Shown: positions 30,005-38,689 of the stretch, one piece after another
Position numbering within the stretch: the first letter of the stretch is position 1
Layout: every line of letters starts with the position of its first letter
DNA from: Candidatus Latescibacterota bacterium
GTDB taxonomy: Bacteria > Latescibacterota > UBA2968 > GCA-2709665
Assembly: GCA_965237675.1 (NCBI GenBank)
Contig: OZ250150.1
Location: 4,224,001-4,288,000 of the forward strand
Reading direction: 5' to 3'
Length of the DNA: 64,000 nt
The notes under the pieces: generated by a model
Databases searched by the model: none
What the model saw: only the letters and a program-made list of their open reading frames with translations
Told to the model about the DNA's origin: nothing
Position numbers and translations under genes: made by a program

Positions 30005-31126
30005 TCAATACAATAGCCCCCGCAGCCGCGTGGGAAGCGATTCCCGCTTTGCGGGATGGCGGGGCGTCAAATCAAGGAGATCGACGCCATATATCTCCTC
30101 AAATGCCGAGTGAATCCCTTTTTCGTGTTCGGTAATATCCGCCAGAGGCAGGGCCACGCACATTCCATCCCTGCCAGCCGATTCCCGGATACCCATCAGC
30201 ACCTCGATATCCCTTCTGGCGTTACGCGCGCCATATTCCAGAGCTTTGCCGCGGACCACGGCATCGTGCAGGCTGCACCAGGCTTCGGCAACGGCAATGC
30301 TATCATCATTGGGAAGCATGTAGTCCCTGAGCGGACTCTCCCAAGCGATCTCCGGCTGTGTTCCCACGCTGGATCGATGCGCCGTTCTCTTCAGCCCCTC
30401 GCCCGGAGTTCCGGTGACGATCTCCAGTTTCTTGTCCCCACGATAAAGATGGAGTTGCGTTCCCCGTATGGCTCCATCCGATCCCAGAATCTCCCAGTAA
30501 TTCTTCCTCTGCACATTGTGTTCGTATGTCCCGCGGAGCTTGTCCGACCACCCGATGATACCCCGTTCTCTCACATCCTGGGAGTCGGGGTACGTACCTG
30601 AAACAACCCGTGGCTCTGATCCCAGAATCGACCTGATTGCGCTTATTCCGTGATAAGAGCCCGAGGTGTAGGAGACGTAGAACTCCCGCACCTCGCCGAT
30701 AAGCCCCTCCTGTACAATCTTCTGTTTCAGCCTCTCACGAGGCCACCTTCGAGCGTTCTCGGAGACTTCCAGAAAGACACCGTTTTCCTCCGCAGCCCGG
30801 ATCATCATGTCCGCGCATGGCAACGTCAGGGCGATCGGAGTCTCCGTGAGGATATGGACCTTTCTTTCGGACAACATGCGTGCGATCGCGTGATGAATCT
30901 CGGGTTGAGCCGCGATGAGGCCGGCATCCAGTTCCTCCGAATCCAGCATCTCCTGCAGATCCGTATACCCGTTCGCACCCACCTGATTGGCCACCGATCG
31001 CGCCCTGTCCTCGTCAATATCGCACACGCTTACCAATCTGTACCTGTCCGAGAGTATCGGCAGCACGGACAGGTGCGCCCCTGACCGCCCACCCAGACCG
31101 ATTACTGCTGCATTCAAGATCGCCAT
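30005..31126 (-). CDS. Gfo/Idh/MocA family oxidoreductase
   Basis: 'AVIGLGGRS' Rossmann start, 'VHILTETPIA' (EKP-like). Confidence 0.85.
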   Translation of the reverse strand: MAILNAAVIGLGGRSGAHLSVLPILSDRYRLVSVCDIDEDRARSVANQVGANGYTDLQEMLDSEELDAGLIAAQPEIHHAIARMLSERKVHILTETPIALTLPCADMMIRAAEENGVFLEVSENARRWPRERLKQKIVQEGLIGEVREFYVSYTSGSYHGISAIRSILGSEPRVVSGTYPDSQDVRERGIIGWSDKLRGTYEHNVQRKNYWEILGSDGAIRGTQLHLYRGDKKLEIVTGTPGEGLKRTAHRSSVGTQPEIAWESPLRDYMLPNDDSIAVAEAWCSLHDAVVRGKALEYGARNARRDIEVLMGIRESAGRDGMCVALPLADITEHEKGIHSAFEEIYGVDLLDLTPRHPAKRESLPTRLRGLLY

Positions 31127-31293
31127 GCACCCTGACCCTCCCATTACATCATGGCCCTGTTGCCGATGTCGGAAATGGACGAACTACCGAACGGATGTGA
31201 GAAACAGGTTCCGCCGGAAACGCATCCGCGTAAGAGAAAAAGGCACTCCCAGAGCGCCTTTTGAAGTGTCCCCAACGTTAGCTTGGTGTTGGG

Positions 31294-31941
31294 TCAACGA
31301 TCACTGGCAGCCGCCTCGCTTAGAATCTTCAAAACCTCGGTCTTGTTCCGGTACGTGGCCAGCCAGACCGCGGACTTCCCGTTTTCGGTCCTGGCGTTGA
31401 CATCGGCGCCCGCATCGAGCAAACGCCCCACCACCTTCTCGTACCCCCCATATGCCGCATAGATCATCGGCGTCCAGCCTGAACGCGCGGAAGCATTGAC
31501 GTCCGCCCCCGCAGCCAGTAGGACGTGAACCACGCCCGTAAACCCTGCGTCGGCTGCGAACATGAGGGGGGTCCGATGGTTGAGATCTCTCGCATCCACA
31601 ACGGCACCCGCCGCCAACAGGATCTCCGTGATCGTCGAATCCTTCTTGATCGCCGCCTCCATCAACGCCGTTCGGCTGTAGAGGTCTTCGTTTACATCCG
31701 CACCGGCATCGAGCAGAAGCCGTAGAACTTCGGGAACACCCTTTTTTGCGGCCTCGATCAACGGGGTCGTGCCCGCCTTGCCCTCTTCGTTCGCGTCGGC
31801 GCCCTCATCCAGAAGTGTCTTCACCCCCTCTTCATCTCCCTTTTTTACCATGGCGATCAGATCGGTGTCCTGGGCGGACTTGCATGCCGCAAATACGAGA
31901 AGCGGTATCAGGACCAGAACGTTCAAAATACGAAGCATCAT
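31294..31941 (-). CDS. Ankyrin-repeat lipoprotein
   Basis: Lipobox 'VFAAC'; repeated 'TPL..AA..G...V..LL.AGADVN'. Confidence 0.9.
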   Translation of the reverse strand: MMLRILNVLVLIPLLVFAACKSAQDTDLIAMVKKGDEEGVKTLLDEGADANEEGKAGTTPLIEAAKKGVPEVLRLLLDAGADVNEDLYSRTALMEAAIKKDSTITEILLAAGAVVDARDLNHRTPLMFAADAGFTGVVHVLLAAGADVNASARSGWTPMIYAAYGGYEKVVGRLLDAGADVNARTENGKSAVWLATYRNKTEVLKILSEAAASDR

Positions 31942-32166
31942 ACGAACACCATATATCGAACCGCGGACGACGTAACAAATCCGCCTTGTAGAAAACCACT
32001 GAAACCACACGACCCTCGCCGAACAGTTCCGAGAAAGCAGTCGCAATCGTCCGGCCGGCGTCCGAAATCATCAAACGCGCGAACAAACCGACGCGTGCCA
32101 TTGCGGCGATCTCCCTTCAAATGCCTTTACCAGATCCCAGACCCCAGCCCGGAGTCCGAATGGACA

Positions 32167-32592
32167 CTATTGACCGGCCTTGGTAAAGATCATCGAAATC
32201 GTCTGTGCCTGCCCGCCTGCCTGCACCGAAATTGATATGGATATCGTCGTACCGCCGTCCAAAACCTGACCGGACTGTGCGCCGCCTCCGCTGTCCGCCG
32301 TGAGGCTGAGATTCGTACCGGATTTTTCGTACATCCCGGTCTGCGAGACCCGTATGACATCGGTTGACCCGGTGGTAACGAAGACGGCTGTAACCGAATA
32401 TCGGTTTTCCGTTAACGTCATGATCCCCGAGGCGTCGGGAGGTGATATCGCCGAGCCCCCCGAAGGGGTCAACCTTAAGAGATCGTAGGAACCAGCCAGT
32501 GTCTCGGAAGCCGCGGGGTTATTGTCGTCGTCATCGCCGCCACAGGCTGCGCAGACACAAATTGCCAGCAGACCCAGCAGAATGGGTTTCAT
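32167..32592 (-). CDS. Lipoprotein, lipocalin-like hypothetical
   Basis: Signal peptide with 'CAAC-GGDDDD', then 'LAGSYDL' beta-rich domain. Confidence 0.65.
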   Translation of the reverse strand: MKPILLGLLAICVCAACGGDDDDNNPAASETLAGSYDLLRLTPSGGSAISPPDASGIMTLTENRYSVTAVFVTTGSTDVIRVSQTGMYEKSGTNLSLTADSGGGAQSGQVLDGGTTISISISVQAGGQAQTISMIFTKAGQ

Positions 32593-32814
32593 TGATTCAA
32601 TCTCCTCTTGGTAATCCGACGGGAAGCCCACGCGTATCGGCGTGCAGACGGACCGCTCCAGTGTTCGATTTCAATATAAATCCCGCGTGAAACCCGGGCA
32701 AGTGTTCTTTTGTAGGGCGGGAGGATATCCCTTTCACATTCTCTCGGGACGGCAGGGCCGGACTGGATGGCCTGATTCTCATTCCGGAAGCTTGTTTTTC
32801 TACTTGTTTTTCTA

Positions 32815-32843
32815 TTGACATTGAAAAATTTCTGAGTTATCGT
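32815..32843 (+). promoter_or_regulatory. Sigma70-type promoter for the HU gene
   Basis: TTGACA, 17 nt, TATCGT with an AT-rich upstream tract. Confidence 0.6.
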
Positions 32844-32889
32844 TCACTGGTCGCAAATTCCCAATAACGGCCTCAATCGCGGGTAGGGT

Positions 32890-33201
32890 ATGGCAACGAT
32901 CACGAAGGCTTCTCTGGCACGGTACCTTTCGGACAACATCGGCCATCCCAAAACCAAAGCATTAGAAGCCGTCGACGTCCTGTTTGAAGCCATGACGTCT
33001 TCCATCTGCAAAGGCAAACGCATTGAGATACGTGGGTTTGGCTCCTGGGAGGTCAAGGAGACAAAGGAAAAGAACCAGGCGCGTAATCCCAGCACCGGCG
33101 AAACGGTATACGTGCCCGCCCGCCGCAAAGTCATGTTCAAACCCGGAAAGATTCTGAAAAAGGTGCTGTCCCAGTCCCTGGAATCCGGAACCTCGCAATA
33201 G
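32890..33201 (+). CDS. HU/IHF family DNA-binding protein
   Basis: 'IEIRGFGSW', 'ARNPSTGE', 'FKPGK'. Confidence 0.93.
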   Translation: MATITKASLARYLSDNIGHPKTKALEAVDVLFEAMTSSICKGKRIEIRGFGSWEVKETKEKNQARNPSTGETVYVPARRKVMFKPGKILKKVLSQSLESGTSQ

Positions 33202-33230
33202 AACTTCATCCCGGAACGCCTGAACACCGC

Positions 33231-34046
33231 ATGCGATGGCGTTACAAGCTGAAGCAATTTCAGGCCGACGGCCCGGACAGGCTCCTGGTTGTCAGCGACT
33301 GGGACCGGACGCTGACGCGATCCACCGCGGAGGATGGCAGCGATCAGTCCACCTGTTCGGTGATCGCAAACAGTGGGCATCTCGGGCCGGCGTTCAACCG
33401 GCGTTACCGGGAACTGTTTGACCGCTATCGAAAAATCGAACGCGCGATCGATTTGCCCGAACGCGTTAAGTCGCCACACCTTCTTCGATGGTGGTCACGA
33501 CAGTTCGATCTGCTGCTCGATTACAGATTCAGCACACAGACGATCCATCGAATTGTCAGCGAAAATCGGCCGCACCTTCGAGACGGTGCGCGCCTTTTTT
33601 TTGAAACCCTCCACGATCGCCGCATACCCCTGATTATTCTCTCCGCGGGCATCAGGGAAATCATCGAGGCCCGACTCGCCGCAGATGGCTTACCCACCGC
33701 CAATGCCGTCATCATCGCCAACACGCTGGTCTTTGACCCGAACGGTATTGCGGTGGCGTACAAGACGCCGCTTATCCACAGCCTGAACAAACACACCCTG
33801 AACGAGGCCATCGTCCCCGAGTTCGCCGGGCGCCACAACCTGCTGCTCCTGGGCGACACGCTTGAAGATGTAAAGATGGCTAAAGGCATCGGCCACTCCC
33901 GCCTGCTCAGCTTTGCCTTCCCCGCCGACTGCGACCACGTCGAACAATACCGGTCTGTATACGATGTCGTGCTGGCTCCTGGCGCCTCCCTGGAGCCGGT
34001 GACCGCGGTCTTGAGGGATACCTGCGCGGCTTCCCGCGGAGATTGA
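33231..34046 (+). CDS. HAD hydrolase, pyrimidine 5'-nucleotidase (cN-III/UMPH-1-like)
   Basis: Motif I 'SDWDRTLT', 'WW' cap segment, 'LRDGA..FF..L', 'ILSAG', 'IHSLNK', 'LLLGDTLEDVKMA'. Confidence 0.8.
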   Translation: MRWRYKLKQFQADGPDRLLVVSDWDRTLTRSTAEDGSDQSTCSVIANSGHLGPAFNRRYRELFDRYRKIERAIDLPERVKSPHLLRWWSRQFDLLLDYRFSTQTIHRIVSENRPHLRDGARLFFETLHDRRIPLIILSAGIREIIEARLAADGLPTANAVIIANTLVFDPNGIAVAYKTPLIHSLNKHTLNEAIVPEFAGRHNLLLLGDTLEDVKMAKGIGHSRLLSFAFPADCDHVEQYRSVYDVVLAPGASLEPVTAVLRDTCAASRGD

Positions 34047-34235
34047 CCCGGAGCGTAAAGGAATCACCATCGTCAGCCGGTCCGCCGGAGAAGGGCGGAC
34101 GCGCGTGCCTTCGGTTTGTGTGCATCCGCCGGTGTGTAGACATGCGGACCGTTCGGTACAGTTATTGTTGATGCGTCTACAGAATCCGGACAGGTCATGG
34201 CGCGTGACCCGTCTGCGAGAGAAAGGAGGCGAATC

Positions 34236-34274
34236 ATGAAGGTGATTACCACGTGGAGGGCGACCGCCCGATAA
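34236..34274 (+). other. Small ORF MKVITTWRATAR with strong SD
   Basis: AAAGGAGG at 34222-34229, 6 nt before ATG; terminator follows. Confidence 0.45.
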
Positions 34275-34302
34275 AGGCCGTCGACATCCCTTCAGAAAGT
34301 CG

Positions 34303-34336
34303 AACCGGGCGCCCCCTCGCGGAAGCGCCCGGTTTT
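34303..34336 (+). terminator. Intrinsic terminator hairpin
   Basis: AACCGGGCGC...GCGCCCGGTT followed by TTGTGTTGT. Confidence 0.7.
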
Positions 34337-34383
34337 GTGTTGTCGTTCTCGACGCGTTTAGTACCCGTTTTCCCGACCGCCGC

Positions 34384-35751
34384 CTACTCGATTCTCATCG
34401 GCATCAGTATCGCTTTCCGGTCGGGATGATCCCCTGAAACAAATAGGAGAGCCTTCATCGGGTCTGTAAAGAAAATATCCAATATTCCCTCGGTTTCAAG
34501 TCCGGATACAACATCACCCAGGAAGGCGTGATTTACACTGGACCTGAACGGTTCCGGACTGTCTTCCAGGCTGACATGGCCTTCGAGGGTGGTCGTGAAC
34601 CGCCAGTACGGAACATCGGCCCAGGGGGCATCATCGGTAGAGACCGGTTTATCAGCTTTCTTTTTGGAGACACTATAACCCAGGTCCCTCGACGTGATCA
34701 ATGAGAGCGTCTGGTGCGCCTTGGAAATCCGGATCTCTACTTGTGGCAAATAGGACCACGTCTCAGAGTCCGGATGCCTGGGTTCCAGATGCTCTGCGAT
34801 CAGGTTCACTGCCTTTAGCAGTTCATCCGACGATACCCGAACGAGACTGTCTCCCATTTCCGTTATGACTGCCTCATAGTTTACGTAGGGTTCATCGATA
34901 ATCGGTATTACGAGTTCGTCTTCTCCCTCGGCATTAAGAAAAGCCTGCTCCTCTCGGATCGATAGCGTCGCCCGCTTGGGATATGGCGTCGGCATCTCGA
35001 GCCCGGGCCCCAGGATCACCTGGGTCTCCAGGTCCTGCGCGCCCTCCAGTGTACGCAGAAGCAACCTCGCTCCGTCTGTCGCCACAACGCGCCCGTCCGT
35101 GTCCAGGCAGACCCCCTGAAGCCGTCCACGGGATTCGTCCCGGCTCACAAACCGGGTCGCCCAATAGAGTGCTTGAAGATCCTGCGCCGTAAGATCGTAG
35201 GTCTGTCCACCGTTTTTCATCTCGCTCATCTCCTTTCGGATCCGCTGCCTCGCCTTCTGCAGGCGGCTGCGGACCGTGTTCATTTCCAGGCCCAACTGGC
35301 TGGCCGTTTCCTCGTAGGAATGGCCCTTGAAGTAATGATGTTCGATCACGTCCCGATGCGCATCTGATAGCTGGCGAATCGCCTGCCTGACCGTCATGCG
35401 TGCCTCTCGCTCCGCCTCCGATTCGTCGACGGCGTGTTCGCCCCACTCCGCCGTCAACAGCCGCTCGAAACGGATTTGCACCATTCGCCGCTGGCGCCAC
35501 CTGAAGGCCGCATTGTCCGCAATTTTCAGCAGCCATCCGGAAAACCGACGACCGTCGCGCAGTTGTCCGAGGCGGCGGTACGCCTGCAGGAAGATCTCCT
35601 GAACCAGATCCTCCGCCTCTTCAGGCTGTTTGACCACGCGGCGGATCCTCCCGAAAATCCGTCCGCCGTAGCGCTCCACCAGGCGGCCAAACGCCCATGT
35701 CTCTCCGGATACCGCGAGCCGGACCAGGTCTCGATCTTCAAGTGTCTTCAA
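34384..35751 (-). CDS. ECF sigma factor fused to DNA polymerase III beta-clamp-like domains
   Basis: Sigma2 'AEDLVQEIFLQAY..L..LRD...FSGWLLKIA' and sigma4 'SYEETA..LG....TVRSRL.KAR'. C-terminal part has DnaN-like 'SRDESR..LQGV...VATDGARL', 'PYVNYEAVI', 'VNHAFL.D', 'ILMPMR'. Confidence 0.8.
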   Translation of the reverse strand: MKTLEDRDLVRLAVSGETWAFGRLVERYGGRIFGRIRRVVKQPEEAEDLVQEIFLQAYRRLGQLRDGRRFSGWLLKIADNAAFRWRQRRMVQIRFERLLTAEWGEHAVDESEAEREARMTVRQAIRQLSDAHRDVIEHHYFKGHSYEETASQLGLEMNTVRSRLQKARQRIRKEMSEMKNGGQTYDLTAQDLQALYWATRFVSRDESRGRLQGVCLDTDGRVVATDGARLLLRTLEGAQDLETQVILGPGLEMPTPYPKRATLSIREEQAFLNAEGEDELVIPIIDEPYVNYEAVITEMGDSLVRVSSDELLKAVNLIAEHLEPRHPDSETWSYLPQVEIRISKAHQTLSLITSRDLGYSVSKKKADKPVSTDDAPWADVPYWRFTTTLEGHVSLEDSPEPFRSSVNHAFLGDVVSGLETEGILDIFFTDPMKALLFVSGDHPDRKAILMPMRIE

Positions 35752-36040
35752 GACATGCCTCCCTGCAGGGGCGAAACATGAGGAAATGCGCCTACCTTGT
35801 TAAAACAGACGGGGTTCCGATGCAATTTCGATATAGCAGTTACAAACAAGAATACTGTATCCTCAACCAAAGGAGACCGTGACCAAAAAAGTATCGTCGC
35901 GCTCCCGTGACATCACGTCCTAAAGGGATGCCGGTTAGTTTTACACACGGCAATATGGTTAGAGAAGAGCTGAAGGAGTTTGAAGTCAGGATCGCATTGA
36001 TTTAGGCGCTGGCCACCGCGACGAAGGTCCGAAGGCCGTT

Positions 36041-36056
36041 GTCAAGAACCAAATCG
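36041..36056 (+). repeat. 16-bp direct repeat GTCAAGAACCAAATCG, copy 1
   Basis: Identical copy at 38138-38153. Confidence 0.85.
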
Positions 36057-36077
36057 GCCGAGAGAGTTGCAATTGTC

Positions 36078-38012
36078 CTAAGAGTCTGGATAAAGTGGTG
36101 GTCTATCGCTTGAAAATCTTTCTGCTTGCATTGAATAAAACCGGGCGTAGATCCCCTTGGCAGTCAAAAGGCTTGAATGTGTCCCGTCTTCCACCACTTC
36201 ACCCCTGTTAATCACAATGATTCTCGTTGCCGCACGAACAGTGGAACATCGATGTGAGATCAAAAAGGTGGTTCTAAGTGCAGAAATGTCGGTGATGCGC
36301 CTGTATAGGTCATACTCAGCTTCAGCATCAAGAGACGATGTAGGTTCGTCAAGGACAAGGATTTTAGCGTTTTTCTTGAAAAGACATCGCGCCAGAGCAA
36401 CATGCTGCCATTCGCCGATCGAAAGATCGAGGCCGCCAAACGTCCTTCCAAGCATAGTATCAAGTCCTTGAGGTAGCTTGGCAAGAATGGCTTGAAGACC
36501 TGAGTTATTGCAGACATGCATAATATCTTCGTTGGACACATCATCCCTAGCGTCACCGATTGTTATATTATCCCGAAGAGTCAAATCATATGTTCCGAAA
36601 TCCTGAAATACCACCGAGACGTTTTTGCGAAGGGTCTCTATGCTGGTTGAGTCAATTTCATTTCCACAAAACCAAATCCTACCTTCGGATGGAGCCAGCA
36701 GCCCGCTAATCAGCTTGACAAACGTGGTCTTTCCAGCGCCGTTGTGGCCTACTAAGGCAACAATCTCACCCTCGTTGACGTCCAACGTCACCTTGCGTAG
36801 TGCATCCACGGAAGCGCCTGGATATCGAAACGAAACGTCTTCCAACCGAATGATGGGACTCCTGCTTGAATGCAACGAAGACCTGATATGGCGGGTATCC
36901 TTTTCCCGCAAATAGCTGCGGGAGGTAGAAAGGGCCTCATTTCGTATGTCGATTAATTTGAAATAGTCCATGACTATCAAAGAGGCACGGAAAACCTGGA
37001 TTACGTTGTGCGCAACCGAACTCGTTGCAAATCGAAGCTGAAGCGTAACACCAAGTCCCATGGCAAGTTCGCCCAAAGTAATCATACCTCCTGCTGCACG
37101 AAGGAGGAGATATAAGTAAATCGCTCCTGCAGCCAAAACTCCAGGAATGTCCGCCAACAAAGAAATCCCATGACGAGAAATAAAGAGACGTCGTCTCTCT
37201 TCATAACATTTTTCCCAGAGTGTGCTGTATTTGCTTAACCAGAACTCGGAGAGGTCAAACAGACGCACTTCCTTTGCCGCCTGCCGCCCAGAAAGTAACT
37301 CTGTGAAATAATTGAGCTGGCGCCTATCGGCGCTTTGATAATGAAACAGATGATGGCTCTGAGCTACGTACCGACCCCTTGATATCGCATGGGGCAGCAT
37401 CGTCATCACGATAAGAGGAGCGACCCACCAGCCTATAAAGGCCATTAGTGCAATTGTGGAGGTCAATCTAGTTACGGATGTCACCATCTGAAAGAAGAGT
37501 ATGGACGAATACTCCGGCCATTCCTGCGCTTTGCGTGCGGCTTCGATTCTATCGTAGAATCTCGAGTCCTCATAGAACACGTAGGGCACGCGGCTTGTCG
37601 TTTCTGCAACGTGCCGCCTAGTGATATGGGATCCACGTTCACCAAGAACTGAAACAAAGGGCCGGGCGAAAATATCGGCTATTGACGCCACAAGCCAAAT
37701 GAGTATCTGTATGCCAACGAGGATAGCTAGATAGCTGAGATCTACTAAATCCGCTGCTTGCTTAGCACGCCATTGTAACGTTGCTGCGTCAATTAGGAGC
37801 TTGGTCAGCCAGATGGAAATGACTGGCGCCAAGCCGTCATAGACGGACAGGGAAATTGAAAGCAACAAGTATGAAATGCCCGCTTCTCGAAAAACGCCGA
37901 TGATACGGGGAACGAGAAGCCACATCTGCCAAAGTTGCCCGCGGATCCTGTTCAGATTTGCAACGGATGATGATAGAATGTGTCTAATCAGCCGCACCCT
38001 CCCTAGATTCAC
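36078..38012 (-). CDS. ABC exporter, fused permease/ATPase (low GC)
   Basis: TM N-terminal half, Walker A 'GHNGAGKT', signature 'LSIGEWQ', 'LDEPTSSLD', 'ISHR'. Confidence 0.9.
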   Translation of the reverse strand: MNLGRVRLIRHILSSSVANLNRIRGQLWQMWLLVPRIIGVFREAGISYLLLSISLSVYDGLAPVISIWLTKLLIDAATLQWRAKQAADLVDLSYLAILVGIQILIWLVASIADIFARPFVSVLGERGSHITRRHVAETTSRVPYVFYEDSRFYDRIEAARKAQEWPEYSSILFFQMVTSVTRLTSTIALMAFIGWWVAPLIVMTMLPHAISRGRYVAQSHHLFHYQSADRRQLNYFTELLSGRQAAKEVRLFDLSEFWLSKYSTLWEKCYEERRRLFISRHGISLLADIPGVLAAGAIYLYLLLRAAGGMITLGELAMGLGVTLQLRFATSSVAHNVIQVFRASLIVMDYFKLIDIRNEALSTSRSYLREKDTRHIRSSLHSSRSPIIRLEDVSFRYPGASVDALRKVTLDVNEGEIVALVGHNGAGKTTFVKLISGLLAPSEGRIWFCGNEIDSTSIETLRKNVSVVFQDFGTYDLTLRDNITIGDARDDVSNEDIMHVCNNSGLQAILAKLPQGLDTMLGRTFGGLDLSIGEWQHVALARCLFKKNAKILVLDEPTSSLDAEAEYDLYRRITDISALRTTFLISHRCSTVRAATRIIVINRGEVVEDGTHSSLLTAKGIYARFYSMQAERFSSDRPPLYPDS

Positions 38013-38137
38013 GCGCTGTGCGTTAAGTTATGTAGTTCTTCCTGGTGGGTCTAAAAAGTCCTGACAATACACGTGTCCTTACCCCCGATCACCAGCTTAG
38101 CCCTCTCCATAGTTTCCGATTCTAATCCGCTGGACTG

Positions 38138-38153
38138 GTCAAGAACCAAATCG
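38138..38153 (+). repeat. 16-bp direct repeat GTCAAGAACCAAATCG, copy 2
   Basis: Identical to 36041-36056. Confidence 0.85.
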
Positions 38154-38689
38154 TCCTTGACATGCATACTCTAAGTAGATTTAGGCGCCGTTTTCAATTG
38201 CTGAGTCCAGCGCTGTTAGGTGATGATTCCTGATCACCTCGACAGTTACATCCGCGCTTGTATCCACCAAATCGACAAGGTCACGTTTGTCGCATACATG
38301 TAGATCCAAAACATCCGCAATAGTATCCCTCAACACGAAAAATGCCCAAGCGACTGTTCGGTGGCGCATTCTCACTACGAGCCTTTTGGTATCCTGCGCA
38401 ACAACACTACGCTGGGAGCAACACAGGCATTCTGGCCTTCGCTTCATCCCGCCTTAGACTCGCGCCAGGGATTTTTTCGTATCTCAAAAAAAGATGCCAC
38501 GTGTTGCAGCTCCGTGGCCCTATAAAAAAAGCCACCCCGATAAGGGCGGCTATGATTCCGCGTTCCAATCCGGTACAAGCTATTTCATCAGGAATCAAGA
38601 AAGAGCGTTTGAAATCTGATACCTGGGTAGCAACAAAAGACAAAGGTCTGCATGAAGAACCTCGCTGCGTGCGACGATAGAAGCTAAAG

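Noticed and set aside
35990-36077. Integron attC site after the ABC gene
   Set aside because: No convincing RYYYAAC...GTTRRRY pair with the expected internal symmetry, and no integrase or cassette array.
38181-38447. 88-aa ORF as a RiPP precursor or transposase fragment
   Set aside because: No leader or core motif and no transposase motif could be recognised; left uncalled.
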